DNA from: Felis catus
Taxonomy: Eukaryota
DNA: 64,000 bases
Assembly: GCF_018350175.1 (NCBI RefSeq)
Contig: NC_058368.1
Location: forward strand, 199,890,001-199,954,000
Direction: 5' to 3'
Both the position numbers and the translations under genes were made by a program. The notes below the pieces were generated by a model. The model saw only the letters and a program-made list of their open reading frames with translations. It was not told the origin of the DNA and made no database searches. Positions 1 through 64,000 of the stretch are shown piece by piece. The first letter of the stretch is position 1; the number at the start of each line of letters is the position of its first letter.

Positions 1-340
1 TATATTAAAGAAATCTTAGTTTTTAAGATGCATAGAGGTATGTGATTAGGATAATGCTCATCCTAACTATTCTATTGCTTATATATTCTTAAACTTATAG
101 AGGAATTCATTCTTTTCTTTTATTTTTTTTAATAAAAGAGAGGTTTCATTCTTCTTTCCTTATAAACATTTACAATTCCCAATATTATAGACATATAAAG
201 GTCCCTTATAAGCCCAACCTCTAGAGAGATCCATCATGATTTTTGGATTTTTTTTTTCTTTTACAAAACTGAAATTAAGTTGTGCATAGTGTTTGAGATA
301 TACATTTTTAAAAAAATTTGTTTTGGTCCCATCATTTCAA

Positions 341-543
341 TATGTTTATTTCCTTTTTATTTTAGAGAGAGAGAGAGACAGCACTAGTGAGGGAGAGAGG
401 CAGAGGAAGAGAGAGAGAATCTTAAACAGGCTCCATGTTCCACATGGAGCCCAACGCAGGGCTCTATCCCATGACCCTGGGATTAGGAACTGAGCCGAAA
501 CCAAAAGTTGGACACTCAGCCGACTGAGCCACCCAGATGTCCC
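341..543 (-). mobile_element. Can-SINE (tRNA-derived carnivore SINE)
   Basis: Reverse complement begins gggacatctgggtggctcagtcgg; (CT)n tract and A-rich tail. Confidence 0.9.
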
Positions 544-660
544 TCAGTATTTTTAATAGCTGTCTAATATTGTATTGCACAGCACGGATAAATCATAATT
601 CATTTCACCAATTTGCTGTTGGTAGTTGAAATAGGAAATCAAAGGAACTTCGGTGCTTAC

Positions 661-62330
<61,670 letters not shown>

Positions 62331-62574
62331 TTACCATCTAGCAATATTCCATTTCAATTTTCTTTAGTTTAAACATGTAGATCAGATGTCATACATTTTT
62401 GTCTTCTAGATAGTTCAAAAATTCATCAGTATACAAATCCTTCCGACAGAAATAACCACTGCCACTTGTGGATATTCGTAGCCCAAGGAACAAGAATGAA
62501 AGTACTGTTGTTAAACTTCTTAAACAATTGGTTTATCTCTGCAATAGTTTCTACTGAATGACTCTGGCAAGCCT

Positions 62575-62626
62575 TGAGGGGTAGAAGATACAATGCACTG
62601 ACATGCTCTCTGCCTTCATGGAGCTT

Positions 62627-62676
<50 letters not shown>

Positions 62677-63070
62677 CAGAGAGAGAGAGAGAATCAGAGA
62701 GAGAGGGAAATTCAACACACAATCATTCCAATGCATGTTCAATTGCAAACTATGGAGAGACGGCTGAAATGGAAAAGCTGTTTAGCAAGTAAACCTAGGG
62801 CCCTACTTCAAAATGGGGGGTTAGGGAAGGCCTCTTCGAAGTGATATTCAAATTGATACTGAAAGGTGCAAGGAGGGTGGAGACCTGTCCTGGATGGAGA
62901 CAGAGTGAGAGGATGGATCCACACAAGGGCAATTGGTATGTGAAGAAGCTGAGATGAGAAAAAAGTAGGGATGTCCTGAGAACAGAAAGAAAGTCAGTAA
63001 GTCTGGACTAGGCTGTGAGGGGAAGTGAAACCAGATGAGGCTGGATGAGTAGTAAGTGGGGCATGTATCT
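62575..63070. mobile_element. Probable L2 relic containing a (GA)n microsatellite (~62633-62707)
   Basis: ctgccttcatggagcttcta...ggttagggaaggcctct..gaagtgatatt...aacagaaagaaagtcagt are L2-like. Confidence 0.55.
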
Positions 63071-64000
63071 GGGGAGGGCACACATGTGCTTCAGGCTTTA
63101 TCTAGCTCAGGCATAGCTTCCATTTCTCTCACACCAGCCCTTCTCCCCACCACCCCTTTTCTTGTTCAGTCTTCCCTTCTTTCTACCTTCCTCCTTTCGT
63201 TCCCTCCTTTGCACAAATAGGATAACGTGGGCAGCTAACTGCAGAGCCATCATGGAGCAAAATGATACATAGGGTAAAGTGACACCAGATTGGATTTCCC
63301 TTCCTCTGTATTCCTCCCCTTTCCCTTACAGATGCCCATTTTTCTTATCCTTTTTCTATACCTTCTTTTAAATATTGATGTGAACCAATAGATCAATCTA
63401 CATCAAGAATTGTGAGTGAAGATAACTTTTTGTTTAATTTCCCATCCCAAAATGAGAAATTCAGAAATTCTACACCCAAATGAATGTCTTTTTAATGTAG
63501 AAATTCTGGGCACTTCATTTCTTGGGTCCTGGGGAAGCAGTTTGAGACAAGGCTGCCTTCTTGCTAAGGCAATTGCTTAGTTTGCTCAGTGGTAAAGTTG
63601 CCTCTAGTGCTTTTTTCATACCCATCCTATTTCCAATTCTGATCTTACTTCCAAGTGGCATGAAGGTTCAGCATCTACCTTCCAGCCTCCCTTGAGGATG
63701 TTACAGTTGTCAGAAATCTTTAATTACATGTCTGACTCATAGATACATTTCCACAGCTGGGTCTTCTTTGAAACCAGAAGCACACTCTGGCATTTGCAGA
63801 AACCAACAAGACTACCTTCTAATTTAAAATAATCTTTATCATCTTTGAGCCACCTTCTAGAGTACACTAGACGTCTTGAAGCAATTACACCATTATGCTT
63901 AAAAAGAATAGTATCCTATATTTTTAATGCCTTTTGAAAAGCTTTCCCCTAATTTATTCAGATTATAATAACATTAATTGGCATCACATTTTATAAATGA

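Overview
This is mammalian genomic DNA, almost certainly from a felid: it is dense in tRNA-derived Can-SINEs, including young SINEC_Fc-type copies. The whole window lies inside one minus-strand gene, ITGA1 (integrin alpha-1 / CD49a). I traced 22 consecutive coding exons by hand, corresponding to human exons 7-28 by recalled numbering. They splice in frame without stops (2871 nt, 957 codons) and cover the second half of the I-domain, the later beta-propeller blades, the thigh/calf domains and the transmembrane helix. The 5' exons and the last exon (GFFKR tail) lie outside the window. The introns hold about 27 Can-SINEs, L1/L2/MIR relics, three solo LTRs, hAT-type DNA transposon relics and microsatellites. 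I see no evidence of a new biological system. The best observations are: a non-canonical GC-AG intron with a competing out-of-frame GT donor 4 nt away; repeated SINE-into-SINE-tail nesting; inverted SINE pairs; a possible GFFKR-less read-through tail; and candidate CTCF and RUNX/AP-1/GATA sites. Exon boundaries were read base by base. Repeat boundaries and subfamily names are approximate and come from recall, not a database search.
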